DNA from: Camelus dromedarius
Lineage: Eukaryota
Length of the DNA: 64,000 nt
NCBI RefSeq assembly: GCF_036321535.1
Contig: NC_087447.1
Coordinates: 13,578,001 to 13,642,000, forward strand
Direction: 5' to 3'
Positions within the stretch are counted from its first letter, which is position 1. The number at the start of each line of letters is the position of its first letter. The notes under the pieces were generated by a model, which was given only the letters and a program-made list of their open reading frames with translations, was not told where the DNA came from and made no database searches. Below, piece by piece: positions 23,890-36,693 of the stretch. Both the position numbers and the translations under genes were made by a program.

Positions 23890-26372
23890 CAACTCAATTC
23901 AGGGGACAAGTGACTTCCCTGAAAAGACAGTCACAGTCATCCTCAGTCATGACACCTCTACTTAAGGAATAAATATGTTCATGGAGTGCCTTATTTTCTT
24001 TTCTTCTACAAAAGGCAAAAGCAAGCACAAAACCATAACAGTTGTGAGGTTTTGGTATATTCGTACAAGTAACAGTATAAGGGGTATTTATTTTGTTCTT
24101 TATAATTCACTCATGTGCTTTTAATTTTTGATGATAAAAATGCAAACTTTTAAAATCAGAAAAGAAAAATATCATACATCAAGTTTTAAGAGCCAATCCA
24201 TGATGTGACCATATATGTGGCACATTCATAAATACCCAAATATGCATGTATTTTATCCCCAAAATGGGTGGGCATATTTACCAGTGAAAAATCTGATTTG
24301 TTCTATTCACTTAAGTCATACAAAAAGGCTCAAAGACATGAAGATTCTTGCATGAGTGATACCTGTTCCTACCTGGCCTGTCTGGAAGCTTCTCCACTTC
24401 CTCAAAACTGAAAAGTGATGCTGCTACCTCCCCCAACCTCAGAGAATGTGGCAAATGTCCACTATAGCACCTGCCACATTGTCTCACATGCATATCTCTT
24501 TATTCATCAATGTGGGCCCGTGAAGGCAAAAATATGCTTTACTACAATTGTAATCTTATTCATATCTGTATCCCCAGTGCTGGCCAAAAAGGAAACACTC
24601 ATAAAACATTGACTGAGAGAGGGAGAAGAAAAAAAAGAAAGAAAGCAAATGGGAGAGAAAGAAAGGAGAAAGGGAGAATTAGAAATGCATTAAAAAGCAA
24701 AGAAAGAAAAATGGGCTTAAAATCCCAAGACTTAGTTTGGAGTTCAGGATCTACCCCTTATTAACTATATAACATTAATTCATTTTATCTCCCTTTGCTT
24801 CAATTTTTCATCTGTTAGAAGGGTAAGTACACCTGTATTTAAGATTGTTGTGAATATTAAATCATTTTAAGCATTATTATTGTTGTTGTTGGATGGTCTT
24901 TATTTTCTCATGGCTTTATCACTAAAGAAAACCTTCAAAATTCTCTCCAAACATCTCCAAAAGGCAAGGATTCTGAAATTGTAAGCTACCCAATTGAAGA
25001 GAACAAGGTTAAATGTCAAAAAGGAAGGTCCTCAGATTTTTTTTAAAGGTTTTTGAAGCAAGCTATTAAAAGAATCTTTAACATAAAGATTTAATTATTG
25101 TTCAGTTTGCTTACTTTTATGGGAATTCATTTCATTATTCATTTAATTAATTCATTTGCTAATATTTCATATTCCAAAACATTAAAAATAATGTAGTCCT
25201 TCTAATTTCAACTCTTAACAATTAAATGCAGAGTTTTCTGGGAAACAGGAAACTTTAAGCTCAGCTAATTATTCAAATAAAGGCTTTGTAGATATATTCA
25301 TTTTTGTATCTGTAGTGCTGGCCAGTATTAGGCATTTTAAAGCATTTGGTGAGAGAGTGAGAAAAGAGATGTGGCAAGAGAAAGAGAGGAGAAGAGAAGA
25401 AAAAGAAAAAGGAGAAAAGGTAAAACAAAGAAAGGAAAAGAGGAAAAGGAGGAGGAAAATGGGCACATTACAGAGCCATCTAAGAAAGACATTTTTCAGG
25501 CAGATGTGTTGTAACATTTCCAACAAGTGTTGCCCTTGAATTCCGAACTTTTTATCAAACACCTTTGTTGATTGTGGCCCTTAGGATCGACATCACAAAA
25601 AATACTGACATATAAGAATCAGGTTGTTCTTACATACAAATTGGTCAGAAAAAAAGTTTCTATTGCCCAGCTCAGTACTGAGGATTTTAAACTACTGACT
25701 TGTCACCAGTTGGTCCCTTACAGGCTCGGCAATACTTAAAATAAACCCCATCAGGGTTTTCTTCAGTCTAAGTTGTGTGCAACCAGAATCATGATCATGT
25801 TAATTTACTGTAAAAAAAAAAAAAAAAAAAAAAAGTGTTTCCAGAAAAGAAAGCCCTGAAGTAAAATCAAAAAGAAGAAAGTCGTGTCTCTCCTATATAC
25901 CAGTGCTCACCACATCCTGTCTAGGACTTCTCATCCTGGCCTGCCTTGTTCAAATAATAAACTAGCCCAGAAAGAAGACACATTCACTTTGTATTTAAAA
26001 GGAATTTGGGTTTGGGGGGAGGGGGGAGATTTCAGCAGCTCTTTCCCATTTCTATTTCTATGGGATTCATAGATGTCTATAATTTTTTTTAATATATGTA
26101 TAGAATTTAGTCTGCTAGGCCCTAAGAACATGGTTGCCATTTCTAACACTAGAAAAGTAAATCCAATTATGAAAATCAGCAGTGGATTAAAGATCCTCTG
26201 GATGAGAAATGTCCTGAAGCCAGTTCTCCCAAGCCTTTTTTCAGAGCATCTATACTCAGCGCAAAGTTAGATATTTTGGTCTTGGGGACTCATCCTTCCT
26301 CCTCCCATCTTTTCACTAAACTCCCCGGTTTTACCCAGAGGAGGTCAGGGAGAGACACTGCCTTTGTGGTTT

Positions 26373-26600
26373 ACTCACCAAAATGTCCTCACAGCCCTGC
26401 CTTCTCAAATCCTTCAGTTCTCACCGTATAGAGACACCAGTTTTCTGCAAGTGGGTGACTTACTTCTTTGCTATTTCCTCAAGGGAAGAGTAATTAACTT
26501 TCGTAGACTTTGCCAAAGTAGCAACCAAATGCTTCTCCCTTCTGGCTACAGCCCTTCCAACTAGAGAATGACATTTTTGACAATGATTAGAACTCATCTA
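26373..26600 (-). promoter_or_regulatory. Candidate promoter/5' exons of the 23889(-) OR
   Basis: Minus-strand donors GTGAGT (26373-26378) and GTAAGT (26458-26463); O/E-like TTCCTCAAGGGAA (26475-26487) next to TAATTA (26491-26496). Confidence 0.4.
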
Positions 26601-27572
26601 CAAGAATGAGAGAAGCATCAGGCTACAGTCAGAACGTGGATTCTTCATTTCTGGTTTGTTTTTTTTTAATGGAATATCTGAAATGTACCAGGCAGCTTTG
26701 TTCAATAATAAAAATGACAGCAACTAACTATTAAGTGCTGTAGGCCAGGCCCTACGTTAAACACACATATGTGAGGTATGCTTCATGATGAGCACCATTG
26801 TTATTCCCATTTTACATTGAGGAAAATGAGTAATTTACACGGGATCAGAATTGAGTAGTGGCAGAACTGAAATTTAAATACAAACCTGTCTCCAAAGCCT
26901 AGATAATGTCTTTGCCCTCATGATGCAAGAATTCAACTATTAAAAAAAAAAAAAAAAGAACAGTGAGCACTGTGAAAAGGGACATATATATCTTTATGTC
27001 ATTTGGACATGGCTTAAAGTAGGGTGGAGGTGGAAATGCTCAGGTAAAGTATTCTTTTAAAAGTGATATTAAAGTTGAAGTAAAAAAAAAAAAAACCTAC
27101 ACAAGGCCTAGATTAGATAAATTAAGTGAGGGCTTGGGAAGGTTAACAGGTTTCAGAATGGATCTGGACTATATCATTTGGTGAATAGTGAAGAGGGTAC
27201 CTGTGTGAGCCCACCAATGCATTGGTAATTCCATCCTCTTATGAGCTAACTCCAATCAATTGTACTTTTGCAAATATCATCTTCAAGTATATTATATGCT
27301 TTCCTTGTCACTGTCAGTTAGCTGGAAATTACTGCAGCCAAAGAGTTAAAATGCACTGAGCAACTGAAAAACCCAGTGATAACTGATTCACTCAGATGTG
27401 AACAAAGACAGCTTAAAGCACATAGCTGTCCAGGAAGCACAGACCTGGTTTCTATCCTAAGCTGGGGTATCATATTTTCTTACCTTGAATGAGCTATTTA
27501 AGCTTTCTTAGCCTGTTTTTATCATCCTCATTGCTTTAAAGAATAAATAGAAATAATTTTTTAATATTAATA

Positions 27573-27891
27573 AAGGCAGCCGTATTTTTCACTTTTTTAG
27601 TTGTATTAGGTAGAATTATTACAGTTTGACTGCACATTATATTGCATATAAATACATATACACAGTATAATACACATTATTTTAGTTTACATATATGTAC
27701 TGATTATTGTTTCTAAGAACAGATTAGAGCTTTCGCTTTTTAAACTTGTATAGTTATCAAAGGAATAAAGCCAACTACAAAATAAGAATCAACAGAATGT
27801 AGTAATCCAATCATAAAGGACAGTCAAATGTGCTTACACATATTCAAGAGATCAATCATCTTAGTTATAAATAATAAGTAGCTCATCTGTG

Positions 27892-27940
<49 letters not shown>

Positions 27941-28080
27941 TTAGATTCCTCATATAAATGATGTCATATGGCATTTTTCTTTCTTTTTCCAGCCCTCTTC
28001 AATTAGAATGACAATCTTCAGGTCCATCCATATTGCTGCAATTTTATTTTATTCTTTTTTATGAAGGCAGCCATCTTTTT
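27573..28080 (-). mobile_element. TSD-bounded retroposed insert: short L1 3' segment, (AAT)14 and ~290 bp atypical tail
   Basis: 17-bp direct repeats aaggcagccgtattttt (27573-27589) and aaggcagccatcttttt (28064-28080), 15/17 identical. L1 strings atggatggacctgaagattgtcattctaa and tatatgaggaatctaa on the minus strand. Confidence 0.75.
27894..27935. repeat. (ATT)14 microsatellite
   Basis: Perfect trinucleotide array at the position of the L1 3'UTR A-rich linker. Confidence 0.95.
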
Positions 28081-28429
28081 ACTAACTTAAAAAAAAAAAC
28101 AAGATCTCAAACTCAAGATGAAATTTCCACTAAAATTTTGAGAATCTGTTTTCAAGTGACTGAAGAAACGTACCTTGTCAAACACTCTTCAGGAATGATT
28201 TCCCATCACACAACAACTAGCATGGCTGCCCTGTCTCCCAGGAGCTGCTTGTTCTGCAAGCCCCCAGTACTAAAGTCTGCAGTTGATGTATCTTGGGGTA
28301 CAATTTTGGGGGTTCAAACGATGCTTGTGGTGGTGCTTCAGAGCTGATGTTGGTTGGTAGATTTCTAGGTAATTCCACATCTCAGTGTTACTGACAGGCT
28401 GTTGTAAAGACTAGAACACAAATCTAGAC

Positions 28430-29640
28430 ATACATATGCCAACTATTTCCTGAGTAGAATCAAGGTTATGTGGTGTTCAGGATTACTAGATAGCGCCAAA
28501 TTTGTTTCCAAAGTAGCTGTATCAATCCATACTTCCAGCAGCAATGTAAAAGACATCTATTGGTTCCTGTTCTCTACATTACATAGTAATCTTAAACTTC
28601 CTAATTTTTGCAAATTACATGGATACAGAGTGTTATCTCATTGTGGGTTTGATAGGCATTTCTATACTTATGAATTGATTATCACGTCACATGTTTATTC
28701 TTCACATCAGTCTTCCGCTGAAATGCCTGCTCATGTCTTTGGACTATTTTCCACTTGTCTTTTTATTTTCAGTTGGTAGAAGTTTGTTAAGCATGCTAAA
28801 CAGTAATCCTTTATGATTTAAAGTCTTGCAAAGATTTTCTAGTTGAGGCTTGTCTTTTCACTTATTTTAAGGTTTTCTTACTAACAGCAGTTCATAATTT
28901 AAATATTGATGTTTATATGCTTTTTCTTTATGAAAAAAAGTATTTTGTGTTTCCTTTAAAAAATTCATATACTTCAAAGTCACAAACATACTCACCTCTT
29001 TTTTCTTCCAAAGTACTTGATGTTTGGCTTTTGATATTTAAATGCTAAAACTAACACAAACTATGAAATCTTTGTCAAGCCCAAGTCTTCAAAAATATAC
29101 TCCAGGTTTCTTCTAGAAGATTTATACTTTTTACTCTTTTCTTTTGGTCTGTAATTCATCTCAAATTAATTTTTATGTACTTTGAATTACAAGCTCAGGT
29201 TTATTACTATCAATATGATTATCCACTATCACAGCATCTTTTGTTGAAAAGATTTTCCTTTCCCCATAGCTGCACTAGCAGCTTTTTGTGCAGCTCAATT
29301 AACCATATACGTGCTGGCCTATTTCTGGACTCTATATTCTGTTCCATATATCTGTCTGCTTACTTCTTGTTGATATCACACTGCCTTGGTTACTGCATAT
29401 TTATATTAAGTCTCAAAATCAGATAGTGTAAAATTTCAAGGTAGAGCTCTTATACATAATTGATTATATTTTTTCTTAAGTATTTTCACTTTTATCTAAT
29501 GTAAGCAGTGCTTTTCAATTTAATTTTTCAATATTTTTATTCTTGATGCAGAGGCATAGTTTGTTTTTATGTGTTGAACTTTTATATAGCAATATAGCTA
29601 CATTCACTTATTAGTAATGGCTTCTCTACGTACAAAACCA
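28430..29640 (-). mobile_element. Old L1M fragment, antisense
   Basis: ccaaatttgtttccaaagtagctgtatc...ccagcagcaatgta; cagcatcttttgttgaaaagattttcctttcccca. Confidence 0.7.
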
Positions 29641-29779
29641 TAAATTTTGCAAATATACAGTTTAATTCTTCCTTTTCAAACTCTGTCATTTTTCCATCTT
29701 TATTGCACTTTCTACAAACTCCAGTTTTTGCAAAAATCATTTAGAAAAGTCAATAGACCAACAAACAACTACAGCCCAC

Positions 29780-29987
29780 TAAAAAGTTTTCCTCATACAG
29801 TCAGAACAATACAAGGGTGTCCACTCTAAATTCTTCCTATTTAACATTTTATTATAGGTTTCTATCCTAAAAAATTAGGTTTAAAGAAAAGAATAAAAGT
29901 CATCCAAATAGAATAGGAAGAAAGTAAAACTATTTTTATTTTCATAGGAATGATCTCACATACAGATAACCGTAAAGAACCCACACC

Positions 29988-30018
<31 letters not shown>

Positions 30019-31860
30019 CTTAGAGTTAATAAACAAGTTAAGGAAAATTGCAGGATACAAAATCAACATACAAAAAACACTTGTATTTCTATACACTAGT
30101 GATGAACAATCTGAAAATGAAGTTGAGAAAAATTATTTACAATAGCATTAGAAAGAATAAAATATAGAAGAATAAGTTTAACCAGTAAGGTAGAAGACTT
30201 TCACAATGAAAAATGTAAAATGTTTTTTAAAGAAATTAAATACCGAAATCTTCATGGATTGGAAAATTTAATATAATTAAGATCACTCTTCAAAGTAATT
30301 TACAGGTGCACTGAGTCACTGTCAAGATCCCAATACCTTTTTCTGCAGAAATAAAAAAGCTGATCTTAAAATACATATGGCATTGCAAGAAACTCCAAAT
30401 AACCAAATGATGGCACATTTTTTGCTCTCTAAACTTACCAAAAGTTCTAGTAATTAAAGCACTATAGTATTGGCATGAGGAGACACATATAGACTAAAGG
30501 AACAGAATTGAGAGTCCAGAAAAAAACCCGTACATGCATAGCCAAATGAAATTTTACAAGGTAGTCAAAACCATTCATTAGAGAATGAACATTATCTTCA
30601 ACAAATGGTGCTGGAACACCTGGATATTTAAATACAAAAGAATGAATTTAGACCCCAACCTCATACCATATACAAAAATTAACTCAAAATGGATACAGGA
30701 CCAAAATGTAACCTAAAATTATAAAACTCTTAGAACACATAAGAGCAAATCTTTATGGCCTTATGATTAGGTAATGGTTTATTAAATATGGCAGAAAACA
30801 CAAGTAACAAAAGAAAAGTAGAAATTAGACTTTATCAAAATTTTATATCTTCCCCCATCAAATGTCAACATTTTTAAAAATGAAAAGGCAATACATGGGC
30901 TAGGAGAAAACTATATATACACATGTAATTTTATAAGTTTTATATACATGAATTTTTAGGACTCTATTTTTAAATGTACAAAGGACATGAATAGAAATAT
31001 CACAAAAAAAGATACATAAATGGTCAATAAGAACATGAAAAACAAAGTACTCAACATCATTAGCAATAGGGAAGTAAAAACTAAAATCACAATAATTTAC
31101 CATTCTTGGTGGGAATGTAAATTGGCATCGCATTTATGGAAAACAGAATGGAGATTCCTGAAAAAATTAAAAATAAGATTTTTGACCCATCACCCCCACT
31201 TCTGGGTATATATCCAAAGGAACTGAAATCATTTATCTTTAAGAGATATCTGCTCATGTTCATTATGGCATAATTTACAAGAGCTGGGATATGGAAACAA
31301 CATATATGTCCACTGATAGATGAATGGATAATGTGGTGTATATATATATACAATAGGGACAACCAAGGGAAAACGGTCATCTGTGACAACATGGAGTGAA
31401 CCTGGAGAACATAATGCCAAGTAGAATAAGGCAGAGAAGAGAAACACTGCATGATCTTACTTATACGTGGAATCTGAAATAGTCAAACTTACAGCAGAGA
31501 GTAGAATGGTGGTTGCCAGAGACTGGGGGAAGGAGAAATAGGGAAATGTTCACCAGGGAGAACAAAGTTCCAGCTATGCAAGATGAATGATTTCTGGAAA
31601 TCTGTTGTACAGCAATGTGACCATAGTTAACAGTACTGCATTGTACACTTGAAATTTGCTAAGAGGGTGGATCATAAGTACTAATGTCACACAAAAAAAA
31701 TAGTTAGAATGTGAGTGATAAATGTTAATAGCTTGATCACAGAGATTATTTCACAATGTATACTTATATCAAAATACAAAGTTATACACCTTAAATACAC
31801 CCAATTTTATTTGTCCTTGATACTTCAATAAATCTGGGGAGTAAGAAGAAATAAAAAAAG
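29780..31860 (+). mobile_element. L1MA-type element, ORF2 3' half through 3' end
   Basis: RT-region string cagtcagaacaatacaagggtgtccactc; 3'UTR gtagaatggtggttgccagagactggggga...ttcaataaatctgggg followed by an A-rich tail. Confidence 0.85.
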
Positions 31861-32103
31861 CTTTTAGAGTCAAGAACTTTCAAAACTCTGCCTTTAATTT
31901 TATGTCTCACTGATCTAACTCTCAAGCAATTAACAGTGATTTCCAATGAAGGTTTAATATTGGTAAGAAAATAAAAATTTCCCCTATGACACGAGTCAAC
32001 AGAGAAACTATATCACAGGTCCACACGCTGGAATTATCCCACCTGGCTCTTCACATGACATTCAGTTTTCTTAACAACCCCAGGGGCAGAAAGAGAAAGG
32101 TAA

Positions 32104-34351
32104 CTCTCACATGTTTAAGTTCTAAGTGTAGGGAATACTGTTACTCACTGAAGAATGGGTGTTTCTCCAACATATCTCTCCAGAATACCAGCTTCTGGAC
32201 AGTCTTTCCATCAAAGGAGACGATTAATTCCTAGGAGAGAAAGCGATTACTATAAGACAAGTAAGTTCTCTGAGCCTTATAGAATCTACTTTAAGTATCT
32301 ATACAAGGGCAAGGTGAAAATGATTTTTGTTGCTGCTTACATGTCCAGAGCAAGATTCATGGGCAGAGTGAACCGTTTGAATGTGCTTTTTCCACGCTGT
32401 CTGCCTCTTGTGCTACAGGACCAGAGATATCTTATTTAAAGTCATTTCTCCATGGTGCTTCAAGTGAACCCATTGCAAATTCAGAATCAGAAAACATTTC
32501 AAACAGATTTTCTGTGAAAAGCATTTGAGGCTTCAGGCTATGTGGAAAGATTTAGATATGTTAGAACACTTTCTTTTTTTAACAGGTTTATTGAGATATA
32601 ATTGAGATACCCAAAAAAAGTGTACATGTTCAACGTATACAATTTCTTAACAATTGTTCATTTGATAGTTAATAAGCTCTTCTCAAGTGTGACGTGTTTC
32701 CTACTGCAAGTTGCTTACTGTAAGAAATGGTCACTTTGAACATGGAACTGCTTCTGAACATACCCAGACATCACTTAAGATCATCTAAGACAGCTAAGGT
32801 AAGAGTTCAACAGTGCTGATGCTTATTTTAGATCGCTACTTTCCCTACACAGTAATCAGTATTTTTTGACATTTTTCAGATATAGTAATAGAATATTTCA
32901 TCTTCATTCTAATTTTTCAAGAGATATGTGTAAATATCATTAACCTAATTTGACAGTTGAATATTTTGAGGCTCATAGAGATTAAGGAAATTGTGGGAGC
33001 CAGCTCTCTGACGCCAGGCACCATGTTTGCCACGAAACGCCTCCTTTAGTAATCAAAACTATTGATGAGGATGAAAATAAAATTGAAATACACTTCACAC
33101 ACACAGGGAGGAAATTAAGAATATTAGTGACAAACCATCAGCTGTTTCATCAAGCACAAATATGGAGAAAACTGGGGAAACTGCTAAGCATAACATGAGT
33201 TTCCGTTGCTTCTTTGAGAGTAAAGTTGGTGGTGATTCTTCTGGAGCCTGTTCCATGGTTAATTATGTCTCTGTATTGCTGCCCCAACTGGTCGTTCTTC
33301 CTATCCCACAAGTGCATACACAGTCATAAAAACCACGGAGAGTCCTTCTTGTGTCCACAGCAGTGTGGTGACTGTGTTCACACATATTCCCTCAATCATC
33401 ACAACAATCTCTGAGATGGAGATTATTATTCTAACTTTACAGATGAGAAAACAAGGTGGTAAGGTGCCAAAGAGACGTACCTCAGGGGAAAGAAATTGCA
33501 CTTGGAAGAACCATGATTCTAATCTGGTCTTTCTGGTTCTCAAACCAATCCATTTAATCACTTGGGATAGTCTTTTTCAATATTCTGCAGAGAAATCTGT
33601 GGTCCCATTCTTTGGAGTGGTATCGGACAAGGGAGAGTGAGTTGTGAGGGAGAAGTCGAGATGAAAGGGCCATGCAGTGAATGCAATACCGCATATTAAT
33701 TACACTTTGAAAGTTCAAAGATGTCACTGTGTGTGTCTGTGTGTGAGAGAGAGAGAGACCTAATGAAATTGCTTCATATAAACTTGCCTCTGAAGTAATA
33801 TTGAAGTAATTAGAACAATTTTGGTCATTTCAAAAAGAGATTACTAGTTCAATATTGTTTATCATAACAATGTTGGGTATAGGTTAAGAAGTAGGAGGAG
33901 AAAATTAATAAATAAGAATGACCTGAAACCTCGTCTTGACCCTGCCCTTCATTAGCTGCTTGGTCTTGGGCAGCATTCTTAACCTCTATGCTTCTGTTTC
34001 CTTACGTGTAAAATAAGTATAAAAATGATAGTAGTAACCGTCTCTGAGATTTATACTGAGAGTTAAATACCAAATGTCTCCATAAACACTTAAGCCACAG
34101 TAAGTGTTCAGCTTTAGTTAATAGTAGCATTTTCATTCAACTATTAACATTAGTCTCTGAGGTTGTTTCCTCATCTGCAAAATGGATGATACAATACCAA
34201 CCACACAGATTGTTACCACGATGAAAAGGAAGCGTGCGTGTGAAACATTTACTACCACACCATGCACGCGGCAACCAATCATTGAAAAGTATATGTTATC
34301 ATGTATTGTAGTGATTAGATTTAGTCAACATGCATTATAAATACTTTTAAA
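32104..34351 (+). repeat. Copy A of a ~2.3 kb tandem segmental duplication (promoter, 5' exon and intron)
   Basis: Colinear with 34460-36693 from end to end (roughly three quarters identical by eye). attaattcctaggag at 32223-32237; donor CTAAG|GTAAGA at 32798/32799. Confidence 0.92.
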
Positions 34352-34458
34352 GGGGGGGGGGGGATTTAGCTCAGTGGGTAGAGTGCATGCCTAGCATACA
34401 CAAGGTTCTGGGTTCTATTCCCAGTATCGCCGTTAAAAATAAAAACATAACTACCTCC
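34352..34458 (+). mobile_element. tRNA-derived SINE, camelid vic-1-like
   Basis: G-run start, A box TAGCTCAGTGG (34367-34377), B-box-like GGTTCTATTCC (34411-34421), then aaaaataaaaacataactacctcc. No poly(A) or TSD after it. Confidence 0.8.
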
Positions 34459-34459
34459 T

Positions 34460-36693
34460 TCTCCCATGCTTAGGTTCCAAGTGCAGAGAATATAGTTTCC
34501 CCACTCAAGAATGGGTGTTTATCAAACATGTCTCTCCAGAATATCTGTTTCTAAGACAAAGCCTTTGACACAAAAGAGATAATTAATTCCTGGGAGAGAA
34601 AGCAGCAGCTTTGAGACACAGTCCCTGAACCTTATGGAGACCTCTTTAAATATCTGTACAAGGGCAAGGTGAAAATGATTTTTGTTGCTGTTCACCACTC
34701 CAGAGCAAGCTTCATTATGGGCAGAATGAGCCATTTGACCTCTGCACTGTCTGCTTCTTGCCCTGTGAAACCAGAGTCATATATTTAAGGTCATTTCTCC
34801 ATAGCATTTTTAAAGAATCTGTTCTAAATTTAAAACCAGAAAACCCAAAGAATTTTTGAGGCTTCAAGATAGATGGAAAGATTTAGGTTTATAAGAACAT
34901 TTCCTTTTTTAACAAGCTTATTGAAGTATACATGACATCCACAAAAAAAAAAAAAACTGGACATAATGTATACAATTTCTTAAGAATTGTTCATTTGATA
35001 TGAATTATCTGAATAGGCCCTTCCCAAGTGTGACATATATTTCATATTGAGAATTACTTATTAAGAGAAGCAGTCAATTTGAAAAGAGGATTGTTTCTGA
35101 GCACCCGGAAGCATCATTAAGACCATCTGAGACAGCTAAGGTAAGTGTTTCAGTAGTGCCGATGCTTATTAAAGATTGTTACTTACCATACATAGGACTC
35201 ACTATTTTCCAGCACTTTTCAGATACAGTGATAGAGGATTTCATCCTCACCCCAATTCTTGAAAAGACCATTTATAATTATCAGTAACCTAATTTGACAA
35301 CTGAAAAATTTGAAGCTCATAGAAATTAAGCAAATTGTAGGACCCAGCTCTCTGATATCACGCTTTTGCCATTAGATGTCTCCTTTGATAATGAAGACTA
35401 ATTGTAAATGAAAACAAAATTTGACTACATTTCACAGACACAAAAGACATAAATATGAATATTAAATGACATAAGTCATCAGCAGCTTAGTATAAGCACA
35501 AGCATAGAGAATCCTTCCAGGGATTGACTATTATAGATAGTATGAGTCTCTGCGGATTCCTTGGGAGTGAAATTGGTAATGATTCTTCCTGAGATCATTG
35601 CATAGTTAAATGTTTCTCTGTATTGCTACTAAAACTATCAATTCTTATTTCCTAGGTGCACACACAGTTATTAAATTAAATAAAAGTACTATGGTGTCTC
35701 AAACACTATGGTGGATGTGTTCTATATGTTATCTCAAGTCATCCTCATAGCAGCCTGTGAGGTAGGCACTATTCTCACTTCATAGGTGAGGAAACAAGGA
35801 TATAAGGTGCCAAAATAATGTAGCCGGATTTTTTTTTAAAAGTGCTTGTGGAAGAACTAGGATTCTAATCTGGTTTTGCTAACTCTCAAGCCAATACACT
35901 TAACCAGTGGGATATTCTTTTTCGATATTCTTCAGGAGAGTCTGGAGGCCCACATTTTGGAGGATGATGGAGGAAATATTTGGGGCTGAGAGAGAGGCCA
36001 AGATAAAAGGGCTGTTCCGTGAAAGCAGCCCCACAGTTTTCCTCCACACTGGGGAGTTCCAATATGTTATTGTGCGTTGTGTGCATGAGAGAAAGCAGAC
36101 TAAATTGCTCCATATAGACTTGCCTCTGAAGTAGGAGTAAAGTCATTATAATTATCATGATCATCTCAAAAAAAAAAAAAAGATTACTAGTTCAATACCA
36201 TTTATTATAACATAGCCAAATGGGTCATGGGTTAAGAATTTGGAGGGAGAATTTAACAAGTATAAATCTGATCTAATCTTGACTCTGCCTTTTATTGGCT
36301 GCTTGATCTTGGGCAGGACCCTTGACTTCTTTATACATCTATTTCCTGATGTTTAAAATAAGTATAGACATGATAGCAGTCACGTCCTGAGGTTTATACT
36401 GAGGACTGAATACCAAATGTCTGCCAAATCACTTAGAGCACACTAAGTGTTCAGTAAGTTAATACTATCATTTTTATTACAACCACTAACATTAGCCTGT
36501 GAGACTGTTTCCTCAACTGCAAAGTAGATGATATAAAACCAACCACATAGGTTGTTATCATATGAAAAGGGATCATAACTGCAAAACATTTGCTATTATA
36601 CCAGCCATACAGCAATCAATTATTTTAAAATATATATTATTAGCTATTGTAAAGTTACTGGATTTAGGAAACATGCATTATGACTACTTTTAA
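34460..36693 (+). repeat. Copy B of the tandem duplication; likely promoter/5' exon of the OR4C46-like gene
   Basis: attaattcctgggag at 34582-34596; donor CTAAG|GTAAGT at 35140/35141; continues uniquely to the acceptor at 37436. Confidence 0.92.

Noticed and set aside
24600-25480. Lys/Arg/Glu-rich short ORFs (24510-24764, 25315-25539)
   Set aside because: Translations of purine-rich low-complexity tracts with no domain signal.
34364-34430. tRNA-like sequence with A and B boxes
   Set aside because: It has a G-run head, a SINE-type A-rich 3' extension and a degenerate B box, so it is a tRNA-derived SINE rather than a tRNA gene.
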